DNA of 64,000 nucleotides from an uncultured virus (IMG/VR IMGVR_UViG_3300001598_000047) (Duplodnaviria > Heunggongvirae > Uroviricota > Caudoviricetes), in the IMG/VR virus record IMGVR_UViG_3300001598_000047. One strand, given 5' to 3'. Positions 39,134 through 50,788 of the stretch are shown here, piece after piece. Every line of letters begins with the position of its first letter. Position 1 is the first letter of the stretch. The notes below the pieces were generated by a model. The model had not been told where the DNA came from. It saw only the letters and a program-made list of their open reading frames with translations, and made no database searches. Position numbers and translations under genes: made by a program.

Positions 39134-40427
39134 TTAAATAAATTTCTAATATTTTAAATATCCGCAATTTTCAACTAAAAATTCTTCTCTTTCTATTAAT
39201 TCCACCGGTAAAATTTCTACTAATTTATATCCTGTAATTTCTTGTTTACTACTGTACCAACATCTATCTAAAATTAAAACTTTCTAAGTAAATATTTCTT
39301 GCTTATGAAAAATAATATCTTTTAATTTCTGTTCAATTTCTTTTCTTTTATAAATCCACTAATCCTACCAAATATGAATTAATCTATATCCAATTTTCTA
39401 ACATAACTATGTTTTTTCTAAATGATAATTTTTAGGTTTTTGCTAAAAATTATGCCAATAATTTCCGATTAAATTCAATAGCAAGTTTTAACTATGGTAA
39501 AACTATATCTAACTACTTTGGTGTAATTAATTCATAATTATTTGAATTAATTTTACCATTATAAATTGACTTAATAAAATCTAATAAACTATTTTCCTAA
39601 TTTGAATGTTTTTGATTTAATGGGAAACACTATAAACATCTTGGTAAAAATGGAAATTTATCTATATGTCCCGTATAATAATAATTGTCTTGATAAAATA
39701 TTTTTTCACATTTTTTACATTTCCAGTTTTGATGATTATATCCTTTCTATAAAAATTCTTCAAATGTAAATGCTGGCTCAATATAATCTGTATATCTTTC
39801 TATTAATTTCCATAATTTTTGATAAAGTTTTAATTTCTTTTGCTAATAAATATCTTCTCTTTGCGAAACATGTTTAACCCCATAATTTTTTAAATTTGTA
39901 TTTACTGATTTATTCATTACTTCTTTAGACTGCATTGGAAACGACACACCAAAATTTTTCTAACATGTTTCTATTTTCTTCTATTTTATTTCTTTTAATT
40001 TAGATATATTATCAACACCATATTTCTATAAACATGTTTGTCTACGTTTCTATAAGGTCTTTGCTTTATACTACTATGTTTTATTTAACTTAGTTTGTGA
40101 TAAATTTTTCTTATAATTTGGATCTTTATATGCACATTGTGCTGAACAATATTTATTATGTTGAATTATAAATTTTCTATATTTAATAATGTTATTACAG
40201 CATTTACACTTTGACAGCTAAATATCCTAATAAATACAAATTATTAAATATGATAATTTTTCATATTCTTGATGTTCTTTTAAATACTACTAACAATAAT
40301 TAATAATTTCTGGATTATTATTCTTTAATTCTTTTATTCGTTTATTTAAAGATGTAGATAAATGTATTTTACAGTTTTTAAATAACTATTTAATTTCTAG
40401 TTTTATTATCTAATTAAAATTATTCAT
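39134..40427 (-). CDS. Free-standing endonuclease 4; CGGA site at 39465
   Basis: ATG overlaps polymerase stop; YCSAQCA, TCL*KYGV, PK*LDI, LAIEFN[c]GNYWH, RLIHIW*D*W, ENCG; 1294-1 nt = 431 codons. Confidence 0.8.
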
Positions 40428-42096
40428 TTTCGCATTTCTTTAATTGTCTTTCAAGAATTAATATTGCATCATCAATTCTTTTTACCATTTTATCTGTTTT
40501 CTTTCGTTCATTCTTTTCAGATTTACGTTTTGTATATAACCAATCAAGAAATGTTGGTACAATTCCAAAATTAATTGCTGGCTTTACATATAAAACATTA
40601 TTTGCTGCTATTGTACATTTTTTATCAATTAATTCTTTAAATTGTTCTTGACTAATTGTTTCTATCTGTCCATTTATTTTTCTTATTTCTATTTCTTGAG
40701 CATTATATGGATCTTCTGTTAATATTCTGCCTACCTTTGTATCTGGAGAAATATTTAAAGACATCATAATATTTGGATATAGGGAATTAAAATCGAAACT
40801 AGAAATTCCAGCCTTATAATATCCCATTTTAGTTGGAAATACAAATGCTCCTTCATAACCATCATTTTGATTTTGATGTTCTTCAGATTTATTTGCATCA
40901 GTTAAAAACTTTTTACCTTCATATCTAGCCTGCGCACAAAGTGCTCCTAAAATATATGGAATTGACTGAAAAATTGATTCATATTCTACTAAACCAATAT
41001 TACAAATAGTTCTCATTAATGAAATAAATTTCAATTTATTATCTAATAATTTAATAAGAACTGTATCAATTAAGTTATATTGAACAAATGTCGGAAAATC
41101 TTTTTCCATAAATTCTTTCATTGATTCATAACCTAATTCATAATAATCTAGCTTGCCAACACCTAATTCAAGATTTGCAATATAATCAAGTTTAAAAGAT
41201 TGCCTAGATGTTCCTGCAAATTTTTTATAAAGATTAATATAATCACAAATACTTAATCCTTGAATTCGGTATATAACCATTGGATTACCATTTGTAACAC
41301 CTTTTTGCGGTTTTTCAAACATTGCATAAACTGGTTTCTTAATACCATATTTATTTGCTGGTGATAATCTATATTGTTCACCATCACCAAATAATTTAAT
41401 AATTCGATTGATAATATAAATCATATCAAATCGATCAATATTCCAGCCAGTTACAATATCTGGATAATGGTTTTCCCAATATTTTAAAAAATGTCTTAAT
41501 AAGTCTGTTTCTCTTTTAAATTTATAAATATTAACTTTTGGTGTTTTATCATATTCTGATACTGCATCAATAATTTTTTGATTTTTATCATCTGAAAATG
41601 TTTCATCAATATCTGATTTATAACACCAAACATGTACTTGCGAATCTAATGTATCATAAAGTGAAATAACATTAATTGGATAATCTGCATTTGCCGGTTC
41701 TGGAAAACAATTTCCAATTTCAACTTCAATATCTAATGCAAATATTCTAAATGGAAATTTTTGAAAATCTGATTTACGTTCTTGTCCAAAATATGTATCT
41801 AATAAATATTGTTTTACCGGTGACTGTTTTTCATATAATGGAATATTTTTATGTGCCTCTATCCATTTATTCCTATCCCAATTTGTATTAAATTCTAATT
41901 TTGTTAATCCTTTATCAAATAATGACCTATCTTTACTATTTTTATTATTTATATCTTCATAATATAAATACATTGGAACTTTTGTTTCTCTCTCAATTCG
42001 ATTTCCATTCTCATCCCATGTCCACTCAATTACTGTAGTATGTAATTGATTATCTAATAAATCTTTAACATTTCTTGTAATTAATGCTCTATACAT
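40420..42096 (-). CDS. Family B DNA polymerase, N-terminal part only (T4 gp43A-like: exonuclease + motif A)
   Basis: LDIEVE, TGWNIDRFD, FKLDYIA, YNLID, YEGAFV, FDFNSLYPNIM; stops after the first fingers helix, no KxxxNSxYG or DTDS; no TAG. Confidence 0.92.
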   Translation of the reverse strand: MYRALITRNVKDLLDNQLHTTVIEWTWDENGNRIERETKVPMYLYYEDINNKNSKDRSLFDKGLTKLEFNTNWDRNKWIEAHKNIPLYEKQSPVKQYLLDTYFGQERKSDFQKFPFRIFALDIEVEIGNCFPEPANADYPINVISLYDTLDSQVHVWCYKSDIDETFSDDKNQKIIDAVSEYDKTPKVNIYKFKRETDLLRHFLKYWENHYPDIVTGWNIDRFDMIYIINRIIKLFGDGEQYRLSPANKYGIKKPVYAMFEKPQKGVTNGNPMVIYRIQGLSICDYINLYKKFAGTSRQSFKLDYIANLELGVGKLDYYELGYESMKEFMEKDFPTFVQYNLIDTVLIKLLDNKLKFISLMRTICNIGLVEYESIFQSIPYILGALCAQARYEGKKFLTDANKSEEHQNQNDGYEGAFVFPTKMGYYKAGISSFDFNSLYPNIMMSLNISPDTKVGRILTEDPYNAQEIEIRKINGQIETISQEQFKELIDKKCTIAANNVLYVKPAINFGIVPTFLDWLYTKRKSEKNERKKTDKMVKRIDDAILILERQLKKCENE

Positions 42097-42164
42097 AATA
42101 TAAAAATCCTTTCAATTATTCATTAATTAAAATAATTAAAAGGATTTAAATTTAATAATAAAAT

Positions 42165-42734
42165 TTATTTAATTTTTTCTATATTTATATATTTATTTAT
42201 CTAATTAAATTTATTTGTTGATTCTATTTTAAAAGTATTTATATATTCATCGTTTTCAAGCTGTTCTTTTGTCATTGCTTCAATAATAGTATTTCTTTCT
42301 CCTTCTACTGCAAATGACTAATTTATCATTTGCATACCAAAACTAAATATACTTAAAAATTGTTTTTTTGTTAATGTAATTAAAATCGGTAAATTCTTTT
42401 TATATACCTTCCATTTAATTTCTGTTATATCTTCCATCTAAGCTAATGCAATTGCTTGTGAATTACACATTGTTATAGAATCTTTATCTGTCTCAAATAT
42501 ATATTCCTAAGTATTCATAATAACTATAACTCCAGTATAAGCAATTTTACATTTTTCCTAATACATCCATTCTGAAAGCTATACTTTTGTTGGTATATGT
42601 TTTGTAAGTTTCTAATACTATTCTTTTGTAATTATAGTCCATCCAGCTGGAATCTATTTTAATTCTCCCAGAATTATGGTCGGCTAATTTCTATGTGTAA
42701 TCGCATATGATATTTCTGATAAATTATTAGTCAT
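42165..42734 (-). CDS. DUF4376-like tail-fibre-associated protein
   Basis: AYTGV...FETDKDS...IKWK...SFAVE pattern, directly behind fibre gene. Confidence 0.55.
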
Positions 42735-42753
42735 ATTTAGTTGCCTCTTACAT

Positions 42754-43976
42754 TTAAGTTAATTTATATATTACAAATTTATAATTAAACTAGCCAATAT
42801 CTAGCCAGCTATTACTACTACCACCATCTTTTGCAATTAAAATTAGTTCTGCATTAGTAGTAAATTTAAAATAACATTGGTTTCCACTAACTGATTTAGT
42901 AGTATCAGAATAAAAAACACCAAAACGAGGATGTCCTCCAGCACTGCAATCTCTATTATAATCTAAAGATAATATATCTGTTAATGACCAACCGTTTTTT
43001 GTTTTAATTGGCTGTAAATATATTTTAAGTATTAAATCCTATATTGATGCACTTAAATTATGAATAATTGTAACTAAGTCCCCGTTTGTACAATTTAGCC
43101 ATGTTGTTTCAAATTTTTTTATTGATGAACTTGATAAATCAGCAAATCCATTATAATGTGGATTACCAGAAACATCTTTATAAAATAAATGCTACCCAAG
43201 CTGGCCGCCGGCCGGGAAAGTTGTATAACATTTTTACCATTTAAAGTTGTCATATAGCTCTAACTAGACTTGTTATAAGATGATATAATTGATAATGTTG
43301 CTTGTAATGTTCCTGGATTTTCCTATACTAATTTAACCTTAGTCAATCCAGACTCAGTATGAGCTGATATATCTGTCATATGTGGATATATTTCATTTAT
43401 TTTAGTACTAAGAGTAGATATTGTAACAATATGATAAGCTAATGTATCATTAATATTATTGGAGTCAAGATTTGATACATTTATATTTTCTCCAGTAATT
43501 GTTATATTTCCATCTGAGTCTGGTACTAATGTTGTATTTATTGTTTTAACTTTACCATAATTTGTATCAACCCAACCAGTTGTAGCAAAGTCTCCAACTG
43601 GAGTAATGCCGCCAGTTGGAACATTACAATTACCATTTGCATCTGGATAAGTATTATTAATTGTTTTAATATAATTTGGTAATGTTATATTTCCATTTAC
43701 TGGTGATAAGCTATTAACAGTTTTAACTTTACCATAATTTGTATCAACCCAACCAGTTGTAGCAAAATCTAATGTTACATCATTATTAATGGCTGCTACA
43801 CCATTTACTGATTTAACAACTTCATTATTTAAACTATTAAATACATCTTTATGTTGATTTATAGTAGAAATTATTGTATTAATATTATTTGGTGTTAAAA
43901 AAAACTAATTAGTATCATACTAGTCATATGATTTTGAACCTGATTTAAAAAAACTTATAGCTGATGGTTGTATCAT
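42754..43976 (-). CDS. Tail-fibre-like protein with VKTVN/GNITL repeats; two adjacent CGGC sites
   Basis: VKSVNG, FATTGWVDTNYGKVKT twice, IIHNL; 1223-2 nt = 407 codons. Confidence 0.7.
43543..43766. repeat. 47-bp exact direct repeat (43543-43589 and 43720-43766) inside fibre gene
   Basis: gttttaactttaccataatttgtatcaacccaaccagttgtagcaaa twice, 177 nt apart. Confidence 0.9.
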
Positions 43977-44038
43977 TATTAATATTTACTTTAATTTTTA
44001 ATTTAATATTATTTATAATAAAAACATATAAAATTGAT

Positions 44039-44680
44039 TTAAATTTTTTCTAAAATATAATTAATATTATTTGTAATATCTACTAAATTATTAGAATATA
44101 AAATTTCTGTATCTAAATTATGGTCAATACAAATTTGATTTAATGCTTTATATAATTCAGTTAAATATTTAATATTTTCTTTAATATTTTTAAAATTATA
44201 TTTTGTAAAAACTGTGTTATCTTCATTTGAATTTTCAATACGTTTTGATAATAAATCAATATCTGCTAATAAAAATACAACTAATATTCTATCTTGTAAT
44301 GATTTAAATAAATCTGAATTAAAAATTTTATTAATTACAAAAAATTCATTATAAATTCCAGATGTCCTTTTATAATAAATACCATATGGATATTCCCCGA
44401 TAAATCCTCTATCAAAAATAGTAAATGCATTTTTATTTAATTCATGAAATTCTTTTACATCTTTAAATTGATTATAATAAGTAGATGCTTGATAAATATT
44501 ACATTCGGATTCAGAAGTAATAAAATATTTATCTGGTCCAGTACAATGAAAATATTGTATTTTTTTATTATTTTGTTTTAAATTATTAATTAATAAATTA
44601 ATATGTGTGCTTTTACCAACTCTGTCTAATCCCTCAAATATAATTATATCTTTTTTTATATTATTAGTTACTGAATTCAT
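44039..44680 (-). CDS. Thymidylate kinase-like nucleotide kinase
   Basis: IIFEGLDRVGKST, IFDRG; no TAG. Confidence 0.85.
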   Translation of the reverse strand: MNSVTNNIKKDIIIFEGLDRVGKSTHINLLINNLKQNNKKIQYFHCTGPDKYFITSESECNIYQASTYYNQFKDVKEFHELNKNAFTIFDRGFIGEYPYGIYYKRTSGIYNEFFVINKIFNSDLFKSLQDRILVVFLLADIDLLSKRIENSNEDNTVFTKYNFKNIKENIKYLTELYKALNQICIDHNLDTEILYSNNLVDITNNINYILEKI

Positions 44681-45197
44681 AATTTTTCTTAAACTCCTCT
44701 TTATTAATAAAAAAACCATTTGTAGATAAAATTTCAATTATACTATCTAAATTTAAAGAATATTGTCTAGTTTTTTTAAAAATATGTTTCATAGATATTT
44801 TTTCATCTATAACTTGAATATTAGAAATATCTAAAGATAAAACATACTCTATAATTTTATAAAATTTAAAACTTTTATTTTTTTCTGCATATTGTTCTAG
44901 TTTATAATCTTTATCATAAACAGCTGTAAAATCAAAAACTTTAATTTGTTTATTTCCATTTGATAAAAGTGAAATATTACATAAATAACATGTTTCAAAT
45001 TTATTTAAAATAGTTTTAAATGTATTTATATCTTTTGTTAATTTATTAAAAATATTTCTATTATTGCTAGATAAATCATTAATTTCTTCAGTTAATTGAT
45101 TTATTTTAATATATGAATTTTTTAAATTTGTAATAGTTTGTAAAATTTCAATAGAATTATAATTAATTGCTGGTATTATTGTATTAATATCTTTCAC
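44664..45197 (-). CDS. Hypothetical protein (GTG start, no TAG)
   Basis: Intact 177-aa ORF with AAGGA upstream, overlapping the kinase gene. Confidence 0.65.
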   Translation of the reverse strand: MKDINTIIPAINYNSIEILQTITNLKNSYIKINQLTEEINDLSSNNRNIFNKLTKDINTFKTILNKFETCYLCNISLLSNGNKQIKVFDFTAVYDKDYKLEQYAEKNKSFKFYKIIEYVLSLDISNIQVIDEKISMKHIFKKTRQYSLNLDSIIEILSTNGFFINKEEFKKNYEFSN

Positions 45198-45244
45198 TAA
45201 AATTTCCTTTCACTTTAAAAATAATTTTAATATTTAAAATAAAC

Positions 45245-45970
45245 TTATTTTTTAAAACGTGAAAATAAATGAAATTTTTGTTTCTTTTGTTTTTGTGCTT
45301 TTGGTGCTTTATTTAATGATGGTGAATATATTTGAGATATATCTTTTGTTGTAACACCAGGATCAGTTGGTAATTTCTAAGCAGACCTGCTTCCACCTGC
45401 TGTATCTGCTATAGACGGCATTCCTGGTGTTGGTCCCATTACATTTACTGTACCAATTGCTGGTGCTACAGCAGCATCCTACTAAATACTATGCTATGTA
45501 TTATATTTAAACTAATAATAATTTTCTTTTGCTTCTTCTGGTGAATTTCCCAATTTAAACTATGGATAATTAAATAATACATTATAATTTGGAAACTAAA
45601 TTGCATAAAAATTCATATTATTATAAGTTTTTCTGTTACGAATTATTCCTTCTTTAATATTCTATGAATTCTGAAATTCATTATTAATAATATTAGACGA
45701 AAAATCATATATAAATATATTTTGTCCTATCTAATATTTAAACTATACCTACTAATCACATAATCCTTGACATGTATCAGTTTTACCGCCAATATTTCCT
45801 GCGTCTGTTGAATATTCTTTACAACAATTTCCTGTAATACTTCCAGCATCACTATGTTTTATATTATTTCCACCTGGATAACCTGGTTTATCATTATATG
45901 TCTAAATTTCCTATAAAATAGTTTTAGCTAATAAATTAAATTTTTTTAATGTTTTCATATATTTTTCCAT
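45245..45970 (-). CDS. Hypothetical probable virion protein with basic C-terminus
   Basis: MENMKTLKKFNLLAKTIL*EI; start and TAA in frame, TAG read-through. Confidence 0.6.
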
Positions 45971-46083
45971 AAATTATTTACTACTATTATTTATTAATAA
46001 ATGATTTTTAATTAAGATAAATATTTATTTCCATATTATTTATAAATAATAATAATAAATATAAAATTAATTTATTATAAATT

Positions 46084-47364
46084 ATGAAAATAACTAGAAA
46101 AATTGATACGCATAAATTTATTTAGACTAATAAAGCAGCAAAACCTAAAAGAAATAGACGAACAAGACGATATATATCTAATAATTAGACTGATCAAATT
46201 TGTTATGCTGACCAATTAGATCAAACAATTAATAATCCATATAATTTTACATATGCTGATCCAGATAGAAGTATTGGGATGTCAAAAGTATTAAAATTAC
46301 ATTATGATAGAATGTTTCATAACTATGGTGTAAATTTATTATATTTTCGAAAATATAATACATTTTTTAAAGAAGGCGAATAGAATCATGCAAATATGGT
46401 TTATGGGGAAGATACAACTGCTGAATATTTTTTATCTAGTTATGTACGAGGCTATTTAAATATTACTAAACAAGATTGGCAATTTAATATGATGGGATAT
46501 GAATCGCAATAGTAGATTGAAATATGGTTTACTATTGAAGAATTTCGTGCAAGATTTGCAACAGTACTTGGTGTAGTTTCTGCTGATTTATTTGCGGTAC
46601 CTGTAACTGCTGATTTAATAAATAAAGAATATTATGGAAAAATTGATGTACCTGAATTTTATGCAGATATATATGGGACATTAACACCAAACCAATTAAA
46701 TACATTATATTTAAATAATGTTTATCCGCATATTACTGAACGACCAATAAATTCAGTTTCATATAAAACATTAGTACGAGCATAGCCATTAGAACCATTA
46801 ACTGGAACTTTAAAAGGTCAATTACAATTATGTAAAAATGATGAATTTTATGCATCAGGTTATTTAAAAGGATAGTTAATGTATCATTCTTTACAGAATA
46901 TATAGAATTCGCCTGGATGGAATTTAGCGCCACAAGTTGGTGATTTCTTTAAATTAAAAGCTGGTTAGATATAGTAGGATTATTAGATAAATCAAATTAT
47001 TGATAAACAAATGGGTGGTAATGACGCATTAAATATGTTTTTAAAACGTTATGTATTTAAATGTACTGCTGTTAGACGTATGGCATCTGAATAGGAAATA
47101 CATAGACCTGAAAAATAGATTGGATCAGATAAAGATGAATTATTTAATCCTGATAATAATGCAGTTTTTAATACACCAGAAGAATAGTTTAAAGGAATTC
47201 CATTTATAAAAGATAAAAAAGATAAGAAAAATGTTATGAATAAAAAGGCAAATGGCTTAGCAACAAAAATATATAAATACAATGAAAATGAAGATAATAT
47301 ATATGGAGGATATGGAAATTCAGAAGATCCTCAAATACAAGATCCGCATTTTCAAAAACTTTAA
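46084..47364 (+). CDS. T4 gp14-like neck/head-closure protein
   Basis: YGVNLLYFRK, VYGEDTTAEY, GYESQ**IEIWF, PQVGDF, Y*INQI, YVFKC; TATAAATA upstream. Confidence 0.7.
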
Positions 47365-48020
47365 TTAAAAAATTTATTATTTTTAACTAATTCTTTAAAT
47401 TCATTTATTGAATTTTCATCTGAAAAATATGTTTTTGCAATATTAAAATCTTTTGCAGAAAATTCTAATTCAATATTTTTTATAATAGGTAATTCATTTA
47501 ATAATTGCATTTCATTTCTTGAATTTGATAAATAAATATTATTATTACTTATATAATCTTGAAAATTTAATACATATTCTGAATTTTTATTCCAAATATC
47601 ATCAACAAAATATTCAAATACTGTATTTGATGTTTCATTAATTGAAATAAATCCATGTGCAAATCCATGTGGAACATATAAATAAATATTTAAAGAATCT
47701 AATAAATAAGCTTTTCCTTGTCCAAAAAATGGTGAATTACAACGCATATCAACAATAATATCTATTGCAGTACCAGTTAAACAATGAACTAATTTGGCTT
47801 GATTATTTTCAATTTGAAAATGTAATCCTCTAACAACTTTATATTTACTAGCAGAAATATTATGCTGAATAATATCAAAATTTGAATTTATTTCGCTTTT
47901 AAATGATTCTTTATTAAATCCAACTGTAAAAAATCCTCTATTATCATATATTTTTTTATTAGTAAAATATACTACTGAATTATTATTATAAATAAAATCT
48001 CTATTTAATATTGTATACAT
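47361..48020 (-). CDS. rmlC: dTDP-4-dehydrorhamnose 3,5-epimerase
   Basis: DNRGFF, VRGLHFQ, QAKLV, VDMR, YVPHGFAHGF, SAKD; no TAG. Confidence 0.92.
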   Translation of the reverse strand: MYTILNRDFIYNNNSVVYFTNKKIYDNRGFFTVGFNKESFKSEINSNFDIIQHNISASKYKVVRGLHFQIENNQAKLVHCLTGTAIDIIVDMRCNSPFFGQGKAYLLDSLNIYLYVPHGFAHGFISINETSNTVFEYFVDDIWNKNSEYVLNFQDYISNNNIYLSNSRNEMQLLNELPIIKNIELEFSAKDFNIAKTYFSDENSINEFKELVKNNKFFN

Positions 48021-48119
48021 TAAAAAATTCTCCTTTTTATTTAAAAATAATTAAAAATAATAAAATTTAAAATTTAATTCATAATAAATATTAATAATAA
48101 TTATATAATATAAAAATAA

Positions 48120-49463
48120 ATGAACTAGTTTAATATATTAAATATTCAATCAAAAAAATAGATTTATAAAATATTTTTAATGTTAAGTAAAAATTTATTA
48201 TCTAATAATAATTCTTTTTTTCATTATACAGTATAGAATTTACAAAAATATATAAAACATCCATAGTTGGATTTAATATAGAGATTTAATCAATTTTATA
48301 TATATTGGAATAATTTTAATAATCAAAAACGTATATTACAACGTTATTTAACTTTAAATAAACCAGTTGAATATCCTAAAATATTTAAAACACAGCAACG
48401 ACATATAATTAATAAATTTACAATTAATTTTAACTATATTTTAACTGAAATAAATACTTTAAAATTAAATAATAAAGAAATACCCTATTCATACATAATT
48501 TTAATAAAAAAACTTATAACAACTATTCTTAAAGAAAAAGTATTTCCATTAATAAAAATATAGTTTTTAAATATAAATGTTTTAGAAAATACAATTGAAG
48601 TTGAAATAAATAAAAATTAGATTAAAAAAACATATAATTTTAAACTTAATAAATTTATTAAAAAATGGCAAGATAAATTTCCATAGTTATATAAAAATTG
48701 TGATGCATATTTAATAGTTTCATCAAATTATAAAGATTTATTATTACAATCTACATTTAAACAATGGACATCATGTTTAAATTTAATTAATACATATATA
48801 GAATATAAAATAAAATATTCATGTATTAATAACATAAGAAATGGTAATTTAATTGCATATTGTATATTAGATTTACATGATAATAAATCTATTGATGAAA
48901 TTATGGATGATATTTCTTATCATGGATTGTGTTATAGTCGTTGCTTTTGGAGATGCTCAATAAAACGTTTATATAATGTTAAAAATTTAAATGAATATTT
49001 ATTTATTCCTTAGTCAACATCATATGGTACAATAATGCAAAATGCAATATCATATAATTATAAATTATTTGTTTATTTAAATAAATATATTAATTAGTTA
49101 AATAATACATTATCAATATCATTTGATGATACTGAAATATATAAAACTTTTAAAATAATGTATCCAATGTATTCTGACATGTTTACATATATAAATAAAA
49201 ATAATCAATATAAACTTTATTTATTTAATAATAATATCAATAATATTACTTTATATAAAAAGAAAAAATTAATAGAATATGCAAAATATAATATTGAAGT
49301 TTTAACCAGTGATATAATTGCATTATTAAATGTATTTAAATTTTTTGATGAAAATAAAATACAACTAACAAAATAGCAATATATTAATGATATTTATTTT
49401 TAGAAATCATCATATATATTAAATAATAGTTATTAGTTATTAAATAAGTTAAATTATAACTGA
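48120..49463 (+). CDS. Hypothetical protein; TAG read-through
   Basis: ATG 48120 in frame with ORF 49158 and TGA 49461; contains STFKQWTSC. Confidence 0.6.
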
Positions 49464-49535
49464 AAAAATTTTTAAAATTATATAAATTAAATTATTTTTA
49501 AAATATAATAATTTAGTTAAGAAAGAAATAAAAAT

Positions 49536-50591
49536 ATGTTAAATTTAGATTTAAATTCATATATGACAGATATGGTGTATGAATTAGTTCCAAATGTTAA
49601 AAAACATGGTAATGAATTAATCATGAAATGCCCCATATGTGGTGATTCATCTAAGAAAAAAACATTAAAACGTGGTCATTGGTATATTAATGAAGGTATG
49701 TATTATTGTTTTAATGGTGGATGTGCTGCTGGTGATGGACATGGTATGTCTGGTATTAAATTTTTATCTTTATTAGCACATAAAACAATTATTGAAATTA
49801 AAGCCGAATTAATTGAACGCGCAACAAAATATAGTAATATTAATAATAAGATAACTAATATTAATATTGCTAAAGTTAAAAATTTTAATACAAATAGTAT
49901 TGATAACTTATTTGATGATAAGACAGAAAAAAATACTAATTTAATTGAAAATACAATTTTAGATAATACTTGGACTGATATTTTACCAAAATTTGTTGAA
50001 GATTATTTAAAAAAACGAAAAATTAATTTAGCACCATATTTACCAAAAAACTTTAAATTTTATTATAATAAAAAATATAATCGTTTAATAATTCCTTGGA
50101 TTAATGATTATTATCAAGAACGTGCATTAACAAAGAAAGACGAAGAAAATTATGGCAAATATATTTTTCCACCAAATATTAATAAAAGCATTTTTGGATT
50201 AAATAATATTGATCAAAATTTTAAATATATATTTTTATTAGAAGGAGTTTTCGACTCAATTTTTGTAAAAAATGGTGTTGCTGTTGGTGGTTTAAATTTA
50301 TCATCAAGTCAAAAAGAATTATTATTACCATATCAAAATAATGGATTTAAAATTATATTTTTTATGGATAATCAATGGTGTGATAAATCAGCATATGAAA
50401 AAACAATTAAAATATTAAAAGAACAACCATTTACAGAATTATTTATTTGGCCAAATAAATTAAAAAATTATAAAGATGTAAACGATACAATTATTGAATC
50501 AAATAATTGTATTAAATTATGGTCTAATGAAAATTTTTTAATATCAAGAATTTTCCATGGATTATCTGGTACAATGGAATTATTTAAATGA
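49536..50591 (+). CDS. DNA primase, T4 gp61-like
   Basis: CPICGDS, YYCFNGGC, RLIIP, YQERAL, LLEGVFDSIF, FMDN, KDVND; no TAG. Confidence 0.92.
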   Translation: MLNLDLNSYMTDMVYELVPNVKKHGNELIMKCPICGDSSKKKTLKRGHWYINEGMYYCFNGGCAAGDGHGMSGIKFLSLLAHKTIIEIKAELIERATKYSNINNKITNINIAKVKNFNTNSIDNLFDDKTEKNTNLIENTILDNTWTDILPKFVEDYLKKRKINLAPYLPKNFKFYYNKKYNRLIIPWINDYYQERALTKKDEENYGKYIFPPNINKSIFGLNNIDQNFKYIFLLEGVFDSIFVKNGVAVGGLNLSSSQKELLLPYQNNGFKIIFFMDNQWCDKSAYEKTIKILKEQPFTELFIWPNKLKNYKDVNDTIIESNNCIKLWSNENFLISRIFHGLSGTMELFK

Positions 50592-50731
50592 AATATATTA
50601 TTTTTATTTATAGTTTAATAATTTTATTATTTTTAACTAGTTGTTGTATTAATAAATATGAAAAAATTTATTTTGATGGCACTAAACAATCTGGAACTGA
50701 ATATAAATTTTTATTTATTAATTTAAATTAA
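50588..50731 (+). CDS. Small lipoprotein-like ORF
   Basis: ATGA overlap with primase; hydrophobic leader ending LTSC. Confidence 0.4.
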   Translation: MKYIIFIYSLIILLFLTSCCINKYEKIYFDGTKQSGTEYKFLFINLN

Positions 50732-50763
50732 AAAAGCTGAATTTTTGCAAAAATTCAGCTTTT
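50730..50763. terminator. Bidirectional intrinsic terminator
   Basis: aaaaagctgaattttt-gc-aaaaattcagcttttt inverted repeat between convergent genes. Confidence 0.8.
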
Positions 50764-50788
50764 AAAATATTTTTTAGAAATTTTAAAT

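Noticed and set aside
39134..40427. Group I intron interrupting the polymerase
   Set aside because: No downstream same-strand exon with motifs B/C and no room for a ribozyme core
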